A stretch of 64,000 nt of DNA from positions 3,038,001 through 3,102,000 of the forward strand of contig NC_058386.1 in NCBI RefSeq assembly GCF_018350175.1. The letters run 5' to 3'. The notes below the pieces were generated by a model. That model saw nothing but the letters and a program-made list of their open reading frames with translations. It had not been told where the DNA came from and did no database searches. Shown one piece after another: positions 51,299 through 63,831 of the stretch. The position numbers and the translations under genes were made by a program. Positions within the stretch are counted from its first letter, which is position 1, and each line of letters opens with the position of its first letter. This stretch comes from Felis catus. Its lineage: Eukaryota.

Positions 51299-51351
51299 AA
51301 TTTCCGTCATGCTGCAGATGTCATCGGAAGTTCTGTGCAGAATTTCTCGCA
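51299..51351 (+). repeat. 53-bp dispersed direct duplication, copy 1 (partner 54928-54980)
   Basis: 49/53 identical by hand alignment. Confidence 0.93.
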
Positions 51352-51547
51352 CTTGGCTCTACTTATATTTTGGACAAGCCTCACCCTGGCCGGGATGGGG
51401 GTGGGGACACTGTCCTGTGCCTGTGGGCTCTCTAGAAGCCTCTGTGGCCTCCAGCCCCAAGGCCGTAGGCCCTCCGCCAGTTACGACAACCAAACAGGTC
51501 TCCAACTGTCTCCTAAAGGGCAAAATAACCCCAGTCGAGAACCACTA
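51338..51547 (-). mobile_element. hAT-Charlie MITE MER20
   Basis: cagaatttctc...ttttggac...ctgtcctgtgc...ccagttacgacaacc...gggcaaaataaccccagtcgagaaccact. Confidence 0.8.
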
Positions 51548-51705
51548 CCACTTGAAAGACAAACGAAGCCGGATCTACACTACACGACATATCGATCTAT
51601 ACTAGGTATTCTGCAGGTCTATATGTGGGTCCTTAACATAATATATATACTAAAATACTAACATACATATTCAATGGCACTGTAATATATACATATACAC
51701 AGTTT

Positions 51706-51910
51706 CTTTTTTTAAGCTTATTTACTTATTTTGAGAGAGACACACAACAAGCACAGTGGGGGAGGGGCAGAGAGAGATGGAGACAGACGATCGGAAGCAG
51801 GCTCTGTGCTGAGAGCAGAGAGCCGGACGTAGGGCTCGAACTCAGGAACCGTGAGATCATGACCTGAGCTGAAGTCAGACGTGCAGCTGACTGAGATACC
51901 CAGGTGCCCC
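51706..51910 (-). mobile_element. Can-SINE
   Basis: reverse body; TSD ca(c/t)agtttct. Confidence 0.94.
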
Positions 51911-52086
51911 TAGGAACATAGTTTCTAATATAATTAACCTAGAAGCAATTCCTGGTTACTTCATTTCATATTCAAAGTTCTAAAGTAATGTCACTTTTGA
52001 TGCAATTCTTACTCAAAAACCCAATTCCTTTTCCTAATTGAAACATGTCAAGAGATCATCAATTTCTGCCTCTTGCCTCATATATC

Positions 52087-52089
<3 letters not shown>

Positions 52090-52120
<31 letters not shown>
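52090..52120. repeat. (CA)15 microsatellite
   Basis: direct reading. Confidence 0.97.
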
Positions 52121-52122
<2 letters not shown>

Positions 52123-52239
52123 CATTTTAAGAGGAGATTTTTAAATTTAGAGGGAAAGACATTGATATTTTTATCAAAATATGTGAGAAAAGTCTTAGTG
52201 ACTTCTGAAATGAGAACTAATACGGCTTATCCATTTTTA

Positions 52240-52641
52240 TAGACTTAGCTGTGTCTCCCACTCCACAAAATTCATATGTGGACGCCTAACCCTCACTCAG
52301 TACCTTAGAATCTGACTATATGAACTCATGAAGATGGGTTTCTTTTAAGAGATGATGAAGGTAACATAGGGTCCTAAGGGTGGGTCCGATGTCAATCTGA
52401 CCAGTGTGCTTATAAGAAGAGGGGACTAGGACACAGACACGCACAGAGGGATGACCACGTGAGGACACAGGGAGATCACGGCATCTACACGCCAAGGAGA
52501 GAGGCCTCAGGAGGAGCCAGCTGTGCCCATGCCTGGATCTTAGACTCCCAGCCTCCAGAATGGCGAAAACATTCATTTCAGTTGTCCAAGCCACTTGATC
52601 TGTGCTATTTTGTTGTGGCCACCCGAGCAAACTAACATACA
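52240..52641 (+). mobile_element. MaLR solo LTR (MLT1A0-like)
   Basis: aaaattcatatgtgga...cttataagaagaggggactaggacacagacacgcacagagggatgaccacgtgaggacacagggag...gcaaactaacataca. Confidence 0.85.
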
Positions 52642-54019
52642 GTGATGCTTTTTGATAAATAATCTTGGCTTAATTTGAAATGAAACAAAAAAACAGAATA
52701 CAACATTTTTTTAAATGGAAACATCCATCTCGTACCCATCACTGACTCTTACGGAATGGATAAAGCCCAGGAATTCTTCTTCTTCATGTTATATTAAATT
52801 TAAATATATCTGAATTAATTCATGGTCTCGACAGATAGTTAAAAATACTTTCTCTTCACATTCACAACTGAAACAGAGTTCCCTTGCATGATTACTGCGT
52901 TTTTAAAAGTAAAGCTGTTCCCATTTGCTTAACACACTTTATTAATCATGTTTAGATGTGGCTCCCATCTCTAGTTAGCGATTATAAAATCTCGCTGACA
53001 GAATGCCAGACAATTGTAGTTCAACACCCTAATAGAAAAAGACTTGAGCTAAATATTGAAATGAAACCTTCATTGACTTCAGCTCTTTCTGTGTGTATGA
53101 ATTCTGCCCATAAACAGTTTAGGAAACAAATGTCTATACGTGTTATGGATTTCATTGATACACATCATGTGCTTGCCACGGTTAAGTCAATAGAGAGTTC
53201 TTTTCACCTTGAAACATGGAAATGAGCGTCAATGTAGACTTCTCCTAGATGAGGACCATCGCAGGCTCAGGAAAATGGGAAGATTTAAACGGTGTTGACG
53301 CACTGTTTATGATACTATATTTACTAGACAAGCAAAATTTTAAAAAATCAAACATTTTCCAAACTGCTCGTGTACTAACAATCAGCATAAACTCCACAAA
53401 GTAATGAATTACCAAAACTGAGAGGCAGAACAGACGTAAAAACAGTCATCGTCCCAGAGATTTTCCATTTCGGAACCATAAGCTATGCACAAGGAGATAC
53501 TAACTGCTTTATAGTTCTAGAAATTAAATGCTTTGTGAATCTCTATTGGAATTTGTGGTGAAGAGTGCTTTATATTAATTAAAAGGAAGAAATTATACTG
53601 AAGTCAATGGATTTGATCAAGATACAGAATCTCTTCTACTTCCTATCACACAGGGTAGAATGACACACCTACCTACTCTATCCAATAAATTGGTAATTGA
53701 GATAAATGAGTACACATAGTAACTTAGCATTTGTGCATGGATTTGGATGGTATGCCACACAGTGCATTTTCTATTTCAGGAAGGGCGATTCCCTCCAGGT
53801 TGTAAATACACATGTTAACGTGAGTTTGCTGACTGAGTCAACAAAAATTGACCACTGTGTTCCCACTGTCAGGTGACAAATACTTATAGGGAATTGCATA
53901 TTACATTCCATCAATAATGTGAGTGTGTGGACGAAGATAATCACATGTTTTCCTGAAATCAATGTTTGGTGCTCCTTGAGATCATGAGAAATTGTAGTGA
54001 ACTCAAAAGTTCGACATTG

Positions 54020-54600
54020 AATGTTATGTTCTGGGATTTAAAGACCACCCTCATGTTTGATGATTTGCTAGAAGGACTAAAGGTCCCAGAAAAGCTGTTA
54101 TACGCATGGTTATGGTTAGTTGTTGGGAAAGGATACATATTGCATTAAATGATTGGAATCAGACTAATTCCAGTTAGGGTAATAACTCAATGGTTAGAAT
54201 CAACAGAGAAAAGAGGCACAGAGGAGGGAGTCCAGGAGAAATCGGGTGCACGCTGCCCTCTTTCAGGGAGTTGTATGGGAAGCGTTTAATGGTTCCAGCC
54301 ACCATGTGACTATGCTATGGAGAATTGTCAACAGGGGCAACTCACCCAACTCCTGGTGTTGAGGGCTTTGGTTGGGAGGCCAGTCACGTAGGCAGGAGGA
54401 ACCTGAATGGCAGACCTTAGCTACTCAGTCTCCAGTGCCCGCAGAGATCAATCCAACAGAGTGTGGCCCAAAGCTCCCAGTACCAAAAACAAAAATCGTC
54501 ACAGGTGTCATGGTAAATGACACAGTTAGCATAAACCTAGCGGCCATCTCAGGGCTCCAAGTCTGCAAAGACATTCCTGTCTGCTTGTGGCAGCGTGAGA
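54020..54600. mobile_element. ERV LTR remnant (MER21C/MER77-like)
   Basis: aagaccaccctcatgtttgatgatttgctagaaggact...aaaagctgttatac...gagtccaggaga...gtcacgtaggca. Confidence 0.7.
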
Positions 54601-54927
54601 ACTAACAACGAATCCACTGAAGTAAAACCAGTCTCTCAGGTAAGAAAAGGGCACAAACATAGAAAATGGGACTGGGAGATCGCTGTGGTTTATGCTGAGT
54701 GACGACTGAATTATAGGAACCATGAGTGTTTGAAATGTAAGACTGGCATCATTATGGAGATGGGCCTTCAATCACCTCTAGTTTATAAAAACGATGTAAC
54801 CGATCACCAAGGTGTTGCTAACGTGACTACAAATTACGAAGGCACATTTGCGTGTTCCAGTTTGGTCAGGTCACCTCGCCGTCCCTTACAACTGCATCAT
54901 TTCTGCAATCCTGAGCTCGAATGACTG

Positions 54928-54980
54928 AATTTCCGTCATGCTGCAGATGTTATTGGAAGTTCCGTGCAGAATTTCTTGCA
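54928..54980 (+). repeat. 53-bp dispersed direct duplication, copy 2
   Basis: 49/53 identical to 51299-51351. Confidence 0.93.
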
Positions 54981-55699
54981 TGGCTGCCTTTTCCCTACTG
55001 ACCTTGCCAGCCTCCTTTCCAGATTGGGGACCAATCCGGTGACCACATGAGGGAGACTGAGTGGGGTTGTGAAGGGCACGACGGTTCGGGGCCCTCCTTC
55101 GCTCTGCAGAATCATGAGGACGATGGCCAGCGTCACCATGAATCACCTGCTGGTTCTCCGGCGTCATCTCCTGTCCCCCTAAAGCTCCAGGCTTTGTAAG
55201 CATCCAGCATGTCCCAGGAGACATGTGCTGGCCCCACGTGTCCGCACACCTCATTCCCTCTGCTGGGATGTTAGGACGCTGTATTCTTCAGCCTCAGAGT
55301 AGACGTTACCCCCTTCTGAGAAAAAGGGGTTAGATGCTTTCTGGAGAAGCTGTGGTCCCAGAGCTCCCTGACTGTGCAGCCCCGTGCTAACTCCCTCTCC
55401 AGCCCATCCTTCCCAGGACAGGACAGATGATGGGAAAGCAATTAGGTTGTGTTTTACTGGGTCTTGCCCCTTCGTGTCTGAATAACACGTGTTTGCTGAA
55501 TCAGTCTAATGAGGAACCTTCACAAGTTCTTTGCTTTTCAGTCGTACATCTGTGTTCATACGTAGAACAAATTTCTTTTCCAGTCTTTTTGTCAGAGATC
55601 ACGTCAGGCGGCCATGTTGGTTTTTCTCAAGTTTGCGTTTCTCCCTGTGAGAAGGGGTCTCCACAAGCACGGGCACCAGAAACACTTATTTTAGGCGAG

Positions 55700-57000
55700 C
55701 CCATTAAAGACACAGCATGGCACGATTTTGAGACCCGTGCGATGGTCTGACCCCTCTTGACACTCCTGGTTTCTCTCATCATCAAAATCGCGATGTGAGC
55801 GTCAAACATGTGCTCGGATGATTCTTCAGCATCGATAAAACCCCGCCCCCACGAGTTCGATCCCACACGCTCTCCCCGTAGACCAGTCTCAGTCTTCATT
55901 GGCTCTGTAAAAGCACCGTTAGTGAGGCTGCTTGCAGTCGGGGCTCGGGTGTGCCAAAGCCGGCTGGGTGTGTCCACTCACGGGGTCCGTGGACTGTGGC
56001 TGCGCTTCCCAAGCGTGAGCCGGCAGCCGATGGGCACGGGTGGCTGCTGCAAACACACGCCGTGGGCTCCGCCCCCCGGTGCCCGATGGCCAGGTTGGGA
56101 GCAGGGCCGAGGACTGACACTGAACAGGGCTCCAGGCGACGCCGGTAATGCCGACGCGGGCAAAGCGACAGTCCGCTCCGCCAACGTGCGTGACTGGGGT
56201 GCTGAGACAGGGTGCCAATTGTGACAGCTCCAGTCGCTCAATTCACACTTGCATTAACTCTGCCCCACACAGTTGGGAAGGGGGTTAATGCCTTCCGCTG
56301 GCACACTACACATAACCTTACGGGCTGAACCGATGTGTGTGGGTCACAGACGTGGGTCTTGGCTGTGTGCCAGCTGCTACACCCTGTCCCTTCCTGGACG
56401 CTGACTCCTCTGCGACTAGGACACGGTGGTTTTCCCTCTGGAAAGCTCAAGATCAGCAGGTCCGTTCACGTGTCAGGTCTGGGAGTTTTTCTGCTTGCCT
56501 CGCTCTGTTTGTGACCTTGTGCTCACCCCGGGGGTGTTGGTTTGCCTGCGCGGATCTCTTGCTTGTGAACGCTGCGGGATTTTCCAGCTCCGCGCCAGTA
56601 AGGCTGGTATGCGGGCCGGGCACTCCTCAGCGTCTGCTGGGCTTGACGTCAGCTGGTACCCCAGGCTTCGTTCGTCCTTCTCTGATTTTGAAACCTGCAC
56701 TGTTTATGCAACTGAACCAGTCTGTCGCTGTTTCCGTGACTGTGGCTCATTCTCTCCCCTTCGTGGTTTCCGTATGTACTGCTAGCCCCCTCAACACCAG
56801 TCTTCATCCCCCTCCTGTCCCCGAGACAGGAGTTTACCTTTCCTATAGGATTCGTCTTCTGGTGAGATCGTGAAACTGGGCTGTAGGCTTCTAGAGCACT
56901 CCACGTACGTAGCTTGGATCAAGTAAGCGGACTGCTGTCTCCTTTTTAAGACTCTGTCCGTGAAGTCTACGGACTTGTGACTCAAAGCGTAGCCCGACAG
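55700..57000. other. GC- and CpG-rich, island-like segment with no recognisable gene
   Basis: dense CpG; 71% GC and 17 CpG over 56001-56160 by hand count. Confidence 0.7.
56000..56170 (-). mobile_element. MER5A (hAT-Charlie MITE), strongly GC-shifted
   Basis: colinear with recalled MER5A antisense over ~160 nt: gcttcccaagcgtgagc, aaacaca, tgggctccgcccccc, ggccgag, tgaacagggctccaggcgacgcc. Confidence 0.65.
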
Positions 57001-57834
57001 GCCCCAGCACTCAGCCTGTGAGGGGAGCTGGGCAGAAAAGCAGGGCCTCAGGCCACACCTCTGCCTTCCTTGGTATCTGTGTCATAACAGGAGGCCCAGG
57101 GGATTTGTGCGAATGCTGGAAAGAACTCGCAGACACTACGCCTCCTACGGGATGAACTGTCATCACCTCAGACCAATCCTTCCACCAGGTCACTGCTTTT
57201 TCCAACTTCTAACCGCTCATGATCCCGACGAATTTGCGTTGGGTAAGTTTCCCACCAACACTACGAACGAGGCCAACCCCTAAGTCTGCAGGGAACAGAG
57301 GCTTTCTGTTGCATTCAAGTTGGTCACTTCTTGGGATCGTTCTTCAGCCAGGCTTCCTCAATTACGTGAATGTGCCAAAGAAATATTTCTCATGTGCTCT
57401 CTGCCATGATCTTCTGTGGACTCGCGTGAGAGGCGGCCTGAGGGTCCGGGGTAGATGAACGCTACACTGATCCCAGATGCTTGGGGTAATGCTGGCCCAC
57501 AGGAGGTCCCTGTTGAAACATCCAGCCCTGCCATTTATCATGGGCAAGGTGGATCAGGCTGGCTGAGCGAACTCCACACCGCAGCTCGTGCGGTGCCTGG
57601 GGCCAGCAGTAGCGGTGAAGACAGTGACGCGGCAATTGCCTTGTTGCCAGAAACCCATACCTCGAGGATCAGAACGCCAGCCGGTGACTCAGAGTCCAGA
57701 AGTCTGGTACGTGCCCAGCAGGGAGATGCCTCAGGCTTGGGGTAGGGTTGTAGCTCCCAAAAGCATGAAACAGGAACCCGTAATCTGGAGACTCAGGGGA
57801 AAAAGCCCTTCTCCATAAGCACTGCGGTAGAAAG

Positions 57835-57935
57835 AACGTGGGTTCTAAAATCCACCCTGGGCCTGCTTCTTGCTAACTGTGTGACCTTGACTAATCTAAC
57901 GTGAGGTGTTCTCTGCAGTCAAATGGGAACGCTTC
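57835..57935. mobile_element. MIR remnant
   Basis: tgggttctaaaatcc...ctaactgtgtgaccttgac...tctgcagtcaaatggga. Confidence 0.55.
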
Positions 57936-58984
57936 TCATGGGCCCCACAGCCTCAAACAGTAGATGCTTCATTGTACTTGCTGTTCTGCTTACTAGTACA
58001 GTTAGAAGCAGTCACGTTCTTCTGCGAGCATATGGACCTCAGGGACGTTCCAGGCCCTCTGAATTCCCAAGGTTAACGGTAAAGCTAATTCTGGCCTGAC
58101 TGGTTGGAGGGTTGGGTGGCTGGCTTGCTTTCTTAGTGTCCAGGATGTGGGCAGAAGGGGGCGTGTATGATCAAAGCACAAGCGTGTGTAGTTAGACAAC
58201 CGGGAGGGGTGATAACTGATGCCAAGCAGGCAGCAGTACAAATGGCCGAAAGCTTCATGGAGCCCCTGGTAACCAGGAAGGCTGGATCCCACACGTGGGG
58301 TGCTATGGACGACGTCTGTGGTGTTGACAAATAGGGTTATTACCCTACGCCTCGGTCTCTGCATCTGTGAATGGACAGATCAAATCCAATGCCCCTAGGA
58401 ACTGGGCGGGAGTCTTGTGTGTTGCCAGATCAATCCACAACATTACCTCCGTGGTAGGTCTTCTTCCTAAGTGTGGCTCTTTAGAGCGTGGCCGTAGGTC
58501 TTCAGGCAATCAGCAACGTGGAGCAATGGCATGTGAGAGACCAATGTCGCCTGAGCCCCCTCCCTGGTCAGGATCAGGCTCCTCTGATTTTAGGAGCAAC
58601 CAAGCCGAAAGGGACCACTGATCCCTTTGGAAACAGAAGTCCTCCAGCTGAGGGTTTAGGTCTGAAAGCACATCCGAGTGCCCAGTTGGTCTGTTTTACC
58701 AGCCATTCTTAGATGGGGAGCATTCCTTTTCATGAGGGAGCTCTTCCTGCATGGGATCTGCTTCACTAGCGAACCAGCCTGTGTGAGGAGAGCCCTGTGC
58801 CGATCAAAGAGGACGGAACGTCCCCCCAGGACCAGGTGGAGGTCTCCTGGTGTCCAGGGTGTGCCTTCTGGAGGTGCTGCAGAGATGTCTCTGAGGAGAA
58901 CGTCTTTTTCTTGAGCTGACACCTGACAATCACCTCGAAGGCATGTGAACTCCTGCACCCCATCCCCACGTTTCATGGTCTCGT

Positions 58985-59050
58985 TGTATGTCCAGCAACC
59001 TCCCCAGTGGTACCGACGCTGGTCTGTGGACCCTGTTTGAGGAGCCAGAG
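58985..59050 (-). mobile_element. Possible MER5A terminal fragment
   Basis: cctccccagtggtaccgacgctggtctgtggaccctgtttgaggagcca. Confidence 0.35.
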
Positions 59051-60226
59051 GCAGCCTGTGTCCAGTATCCTTTCCTAATAGCAGCATTGGTCTTCTTTTC
59101 CCCTTCTGTGCCCTCCTAAGAAAAGGGAAGGAGACCCTTCCCAAGGAGACCCTCCCAACAGCCTGGAGGGGATTCACTCCTCACATTCAAGACCCCATGG
59201 TTTGGATGCCTTTCTGTACAAGGCAATTTTGATCATGGACAGCAAAAAGGCTTCTTTCTGCCAAAACAGAGTTTCTCCTAATATTCTGAAAGCTGGGTGA
59301 ACACTTCGATAGACACACCAATGACCAGATACTTGCTTGATTCATTACCCTCTTCTTGAATCCTTTTGTCAGAACTCAAAGAAGGAATTAAAAGTCACAA
59401 AGGTCCAACTTGAGTCCTGTAGACTTTTTATTCCAGATGGCCCTCCACCCAGACAGACGGCTTGTTCTATCCCAGTGAGCGGTCTCAGAGGGGTGGAGAG
59501 GGTTGATGACTAAGGAATATTCCATGGTAAGGCACATGCTCTCTGTGAGTCTCAGCCATGAGCTCTTGGAGAAGCCACCCTAGAGGCTCCTGGCACTTCC
59601 TTCTGGGAAGACTCCTCACTGCCTCCTGGCCTTTGGGTAAGCAGATTCCAAAAGCTTTGAACAGCTGTGACTCTGGACTGGTGTCTTCACGTCACCAGCC
59701 CCATTTTCTCTACACATTCTGGGTCTAAATCTGAGCCCGGGTGTTAGGCTTCTTGTCCCAACTAGATGGGTAGGGAGAGGGGTACGGGGAGATGGGCTTC
59801 CTACTTGTACTGTTAATCTCTGGCCAAAGGTACCGTCTAGCCCCAATGTCGTGGACGGACTCAGGGGCTAAGGGTGCCCTTGTATGGGAGAAGCAGAAAG
59901 CCTGAGGCCCCATCTAGGACATGGGGTGACTACTTCAAATACCAACAATGCCAATCCAGTTACATAAATACGGGAAGTAGGCCATGACTGATGATTAGGG
60001 CCAATGGGAGACCATGTGCCCTGTCTCAAGAGGGCAGCAGCTAAGGAGACCCAGCCAACTGGTGGCAAGCAAGAACAGCCTACAAGCTCTGAGATCTTCT
60101 GAATTTTCAGAAACCAGAACTCTAGGGGAATGATTCTTCCTCCTCCCTCCATTGACATAAAAAGTACTTTGAAAAGTTGTCAAATGATCTAAATCTCTCT
60201 TTAGATTGGATCTGGTGCTCAAGACC

Positions 60227-60435
60227 TTATTTTTTTTTTTTTAATGTTTATTCATTTTTGAGAGACACAGTGCAAGCAGGGGAGGGGCAGAGACAGGGGA
60301 GACGCAGAATCTGAAGCAGGTTCCAGGCTCTGAGCTGTCAGCACAGAGCCCCATGTGAGCTCGAACCCATGAACCATGAGATCATGACTGGAGTCGAAGT
60401 TGGATGCTTAACAGACTGAGCCACCCAGGCGCCCC
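60227..60435 (-). mobile_element. Can-SINE
   Basis: full reverse body ending gagccacccaggcgcccc. Confidence 0.95.
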
Positions 60436-60649
60436 TGTTCTGACTTCTAGACTATGTCATGTTTAGAAAGGAATTAAAAATCCAGTTTAGTGGCTACTGA
60501 TCAACACTTATCAATATGGATTGGTCTTGTTTCACAGGCTTTGGATACAATTCACCAGATTGGGTTTACTTATGTCTTAAGTAATAAATATTGAGCAGAT
60601 ATTTTAAACAGATTTTAAACTTAACATATTTTATTAATAGGGCAATTCA

Positions 60650-60775
60650 GGGGAGCCTAGGTGATTCAGTTGGTTGAGTGTCTGACTCCTGGTTTCAGCT
60701 CCAGTCATGATCTCATGGTTTGTGGGATTGAAACCCATGTTGGGCTCTATGCTGACAGCATGGATCCTGGTTGGG

Positions 60776-60827
<52 letters not shown>

Positions 60828-60883
60828 TCTCCCTCTCTGCCCCTCCCCCCTGCTCATGCTCTCTCTCAAATATTTTTAAAAAT
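60650..60883 (+). mobile_element. Can-SINE with long (CT)n
   Basis: ggggagcctaggtgattcagttgg head, CT tract. Confidence 0.92.
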
Positions 60884-62222
60884 ATGGTAATTTAAACATA
60901 GGACTATATTTAAAACAGGACTCTGGATTCTGTTCCAAGTGTGGTGCAGAAATGGATCTCTACGTGCATATTTTGATTCTGTCCTTCTCTCCTGCCTTTT
61001 TCCTTTCAAAAATTACCTTAAAATTAAACAGCTTAATCAAACGTATTAATGACATGTGCTATAAATACAAATCTATGGCCCTTTTAATTTGAGCACAGGA
61101 AGAGAAGCTCAGAACATGGTTGGTCCAACAGAAATGGGTAAATCTAGTGAGCTGCTCTGAGTCTAAACTTCAGATGCCAACATATTCTCGAGAGATACTG
61201 TTCAACCATTCTTGCAAAACCCTTCAAGAGAAAAAGGTAAGGGTAGAGCAAAAACCCACTTCAAGTCGGTGGAAGTCCTATGGAAAAGCCAAGGATGCTC
61301 TGCCTACCCACACACTCCCCTCTTCCACTGTCTGTCCATTCCGGGGCTCGTAGAAGAGAAACAAGCAGAAACCCAGAAGTGTGAAAATACCGCCCTATGA
61401 AAATGACCACATTATGCCTCAGAGTCATGTTCAAGCCACATACTTCTTCATAAATTATTAGCTCGAAGTTTAAAGATTCCATTGCTTATCCATAAAGACT
61501 CTAACGCCAAACCCCACAAATGTCCATGTAAAGGGGTCCAATCACAATCCATTGGACTAACTTGTCCAAGGCGCTAACTTGAATTGGTTTCCACAACTCT
61601 CAATGTCTAGAGGTGTTAATTCTTGGAACCCATTCTTATGGTCTAGATCATGTTCTTGGTGTAAATAATTCACAAAGCTTAGGAGAATGTGGAAGAAATG
61701 CCATTTAAAAAAGCTGGACTGAATGTTTCAGACAGGGAGAGGAAGTAGGACTTCAAGTTCAAAAGCACTTCAAGCTCTTGTGAGCCAGGCAGAAGTTGCA
61801 TCTAGCCAGGGCCACCTGGGTCTCTAGCTTCTGACCGTCGTGATGCCACGTCACCTAAGTGTTAAGGGATCTACAGCACTGCCTCTCGGATCTTGAAAGA
61901 CTTGCGGTCTTGAGCCTGCCTTATTATCAAATACCATGTAACTCGATGTGACAGCTGCCCAAAGGCATCCTAAATCCACCAGAAGGCTATTTTATTTTTC
62001 CACCACTTACCAGCTTCCTTACATTTGTAAGCTACTGTAACCCTGCGTGTGGGTGCTGGCTTCCTTCTTATTCCTAAAACTCAGACCTTATCTAAGCAAC
62101 TGCTAATACTTTCTCTGGAAGCATACTTTATCCTGGGCCAAGGTCTCCTCTCAATGTCAGGACCCATGATTTCTGTCTTCAAATCATTTTGGTTCTAAGA
62201 ACTCTGTCTAAAAAGTCTTGCT

Positions 62223-62426
62223 GGGGCACCTGCGTGGCTTAGTTGGTTGAGCGTCGGATTCTTCATTTCGGCTCAGGTCATGATCTCATGCTATGTGAGA
62301 TTGAGCCCTGTGTCGGGCTCCATGCTGAGTGTGAAACCTGCTTAAGGGTTCTCCCTCTTCCTCTCCGTCTCCCTCAGCCCCTCTCCCCACTTGTGTGCAT
62401 GCTCTCTAAAATAAAATATATAAAAA
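62223..62426 (+). mobile_element. Can-SINE
   Basis: ggggcacctgcgtggcttag head; TSD taaaaagtctt. Confidence 0.93.
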
Positions 62427-63114
62427 GTCTTTCCTAACTAAAATCACCAGTCACTTGTCATCCTCTAAGGTTCTGTATCCTGACCTTCAAACATATCTAC
62501 GTCTGTCTCCTTGTAGCTGGCTGCTCAGACGCAAGGAATTAGTTGGAGACTAAAACGTGCCTGCTGTTTTTCTCCGTTAAAAAAAAAAAAAAAGAAGTGT
62601 CTTGTACGACCCACCTAAGGATTTTTGCTCTTTTCATTCACTAAGGCCAGTCTCCATCAGTCCCTCTGCTTCTACCTTTCTGAATTGCGTGCTGCTCATG
62701 TTTGTGTATAGCCCACCCTCCAGAACACAGGGCCCATTCTGAAGGGGCCATCTGGTGATCTATGCTGGGAAGTCCAGATCTGAGCGCACAGCATGACTAC
62801 CCACCCTTGCTCTTAGGTCTCTCCCTATCTTCTGGCCACACTCCCATTCCTGATGAGCTGTCTACTTCCAGCTCCTGTGAGGGAATCCAATAACTGTTAC
62901 ATAAAAGCTGTATTTGACCTCCACATAATTTGGTCGGCTGCCACAGGATTGAGAGCAGACATTTGCCTCATGCTTGTGAACTCACGATGGTCCCTCCTTT
63001 CAAGCTATTTTGTGAAGACCAACCCAACCTGGGGACTAGAGTAGAAAGAAGTCAGTTTTCTTCTGCTCTCCACCATCAATTTCCTTCCCCTTAATAATGG
63101 AAAAACTCTTTTTA

Positions 63115-63326
63115 AAAGTATTTTTTAACGTTTATTTTAAGAGAGAGTGAGAGACAGAGTGTGAGCAGGGGAGGGGCAGAGAGAGAAGGAGACACAGAAT
63201 CTGAAGCAGGCTCCAGGCTCTTGAACTGTCAACACAGAGGCCAGTGTGGGGCTCGAACTCACAAACTGGAGATCATGACCTGAGCCAAAGTCAGGCGCTT
63301 AACCGACTGAGCAACTCAGGTGCCCC
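63115..63326 (-). mobile_element. Can-SINE
   Basis: reverse body; TSD ataatggaa(a/t)aactcttt. Confidence 0.95.
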
Positions 63327-63831
63327 GATAATGGAATAACTCTTTAGCAGGGAGATATAGGACTTACAAAAATAGGCCTCCTATATTCTCAGTACAAATG
63401 GGACTATAAACGAGTATAACACTGCCTGGAAAGAAATTTGGCAATCACCCTATCTAGTAATTCCGGTGTTTAGAGATTTTCCATAAAATTGTTAATATGA
63501 AGGTATGTGTACAAGACTGTACACATAGGAAGAAACAGTCTAGCAGGCAGCAATGATTTGTTGTGTCTTAAGAGGAAGGAAGTCTGTTCTTGTCAATTCT
63601 CATAGTGCTGCTCTATGAAAATACTTTTGGAAGGTCTCCATGGAACCAGCACGCACGAGGCTCAGTAGGATGAGCAGAGCCCAACCACAGACTGTGTGTC
63701 ATTACAAGATGGGCCACGTATGTTCACTTTCCTCATCCTGCTCTGTGTCCAGAAAGCTGACTTGTGCGCATCAGCGTGAACCTTCAACGTGAGTTCCACG
63801 TGGACTCAATGCAGGAGATATGACAAGACTT

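Noticed and set aside
56337-56873. 178-aa ORF and other overlapping ORFs at 55-59 kb
   Set aside because: Long stop-free frames are expected in GC-rich DNA; they overlap on both strands with no family resemblance.
55110-56922. Exon-like units 55110-55195 (NHEDDGQRHHESP...) and 56849-56922 (DSSSGEIVKLGC...)
   Set aside because: AG/GT signals are present, but the open frames do not join in phase and the peptides are unrecognisable.
87-63326. Recurrent ORFs of the type MAQSV(E/K)RPTSAQVMIS... and MGQRETEHE...
   Set aside because: Translations of Can-SINE bodies, not genes.
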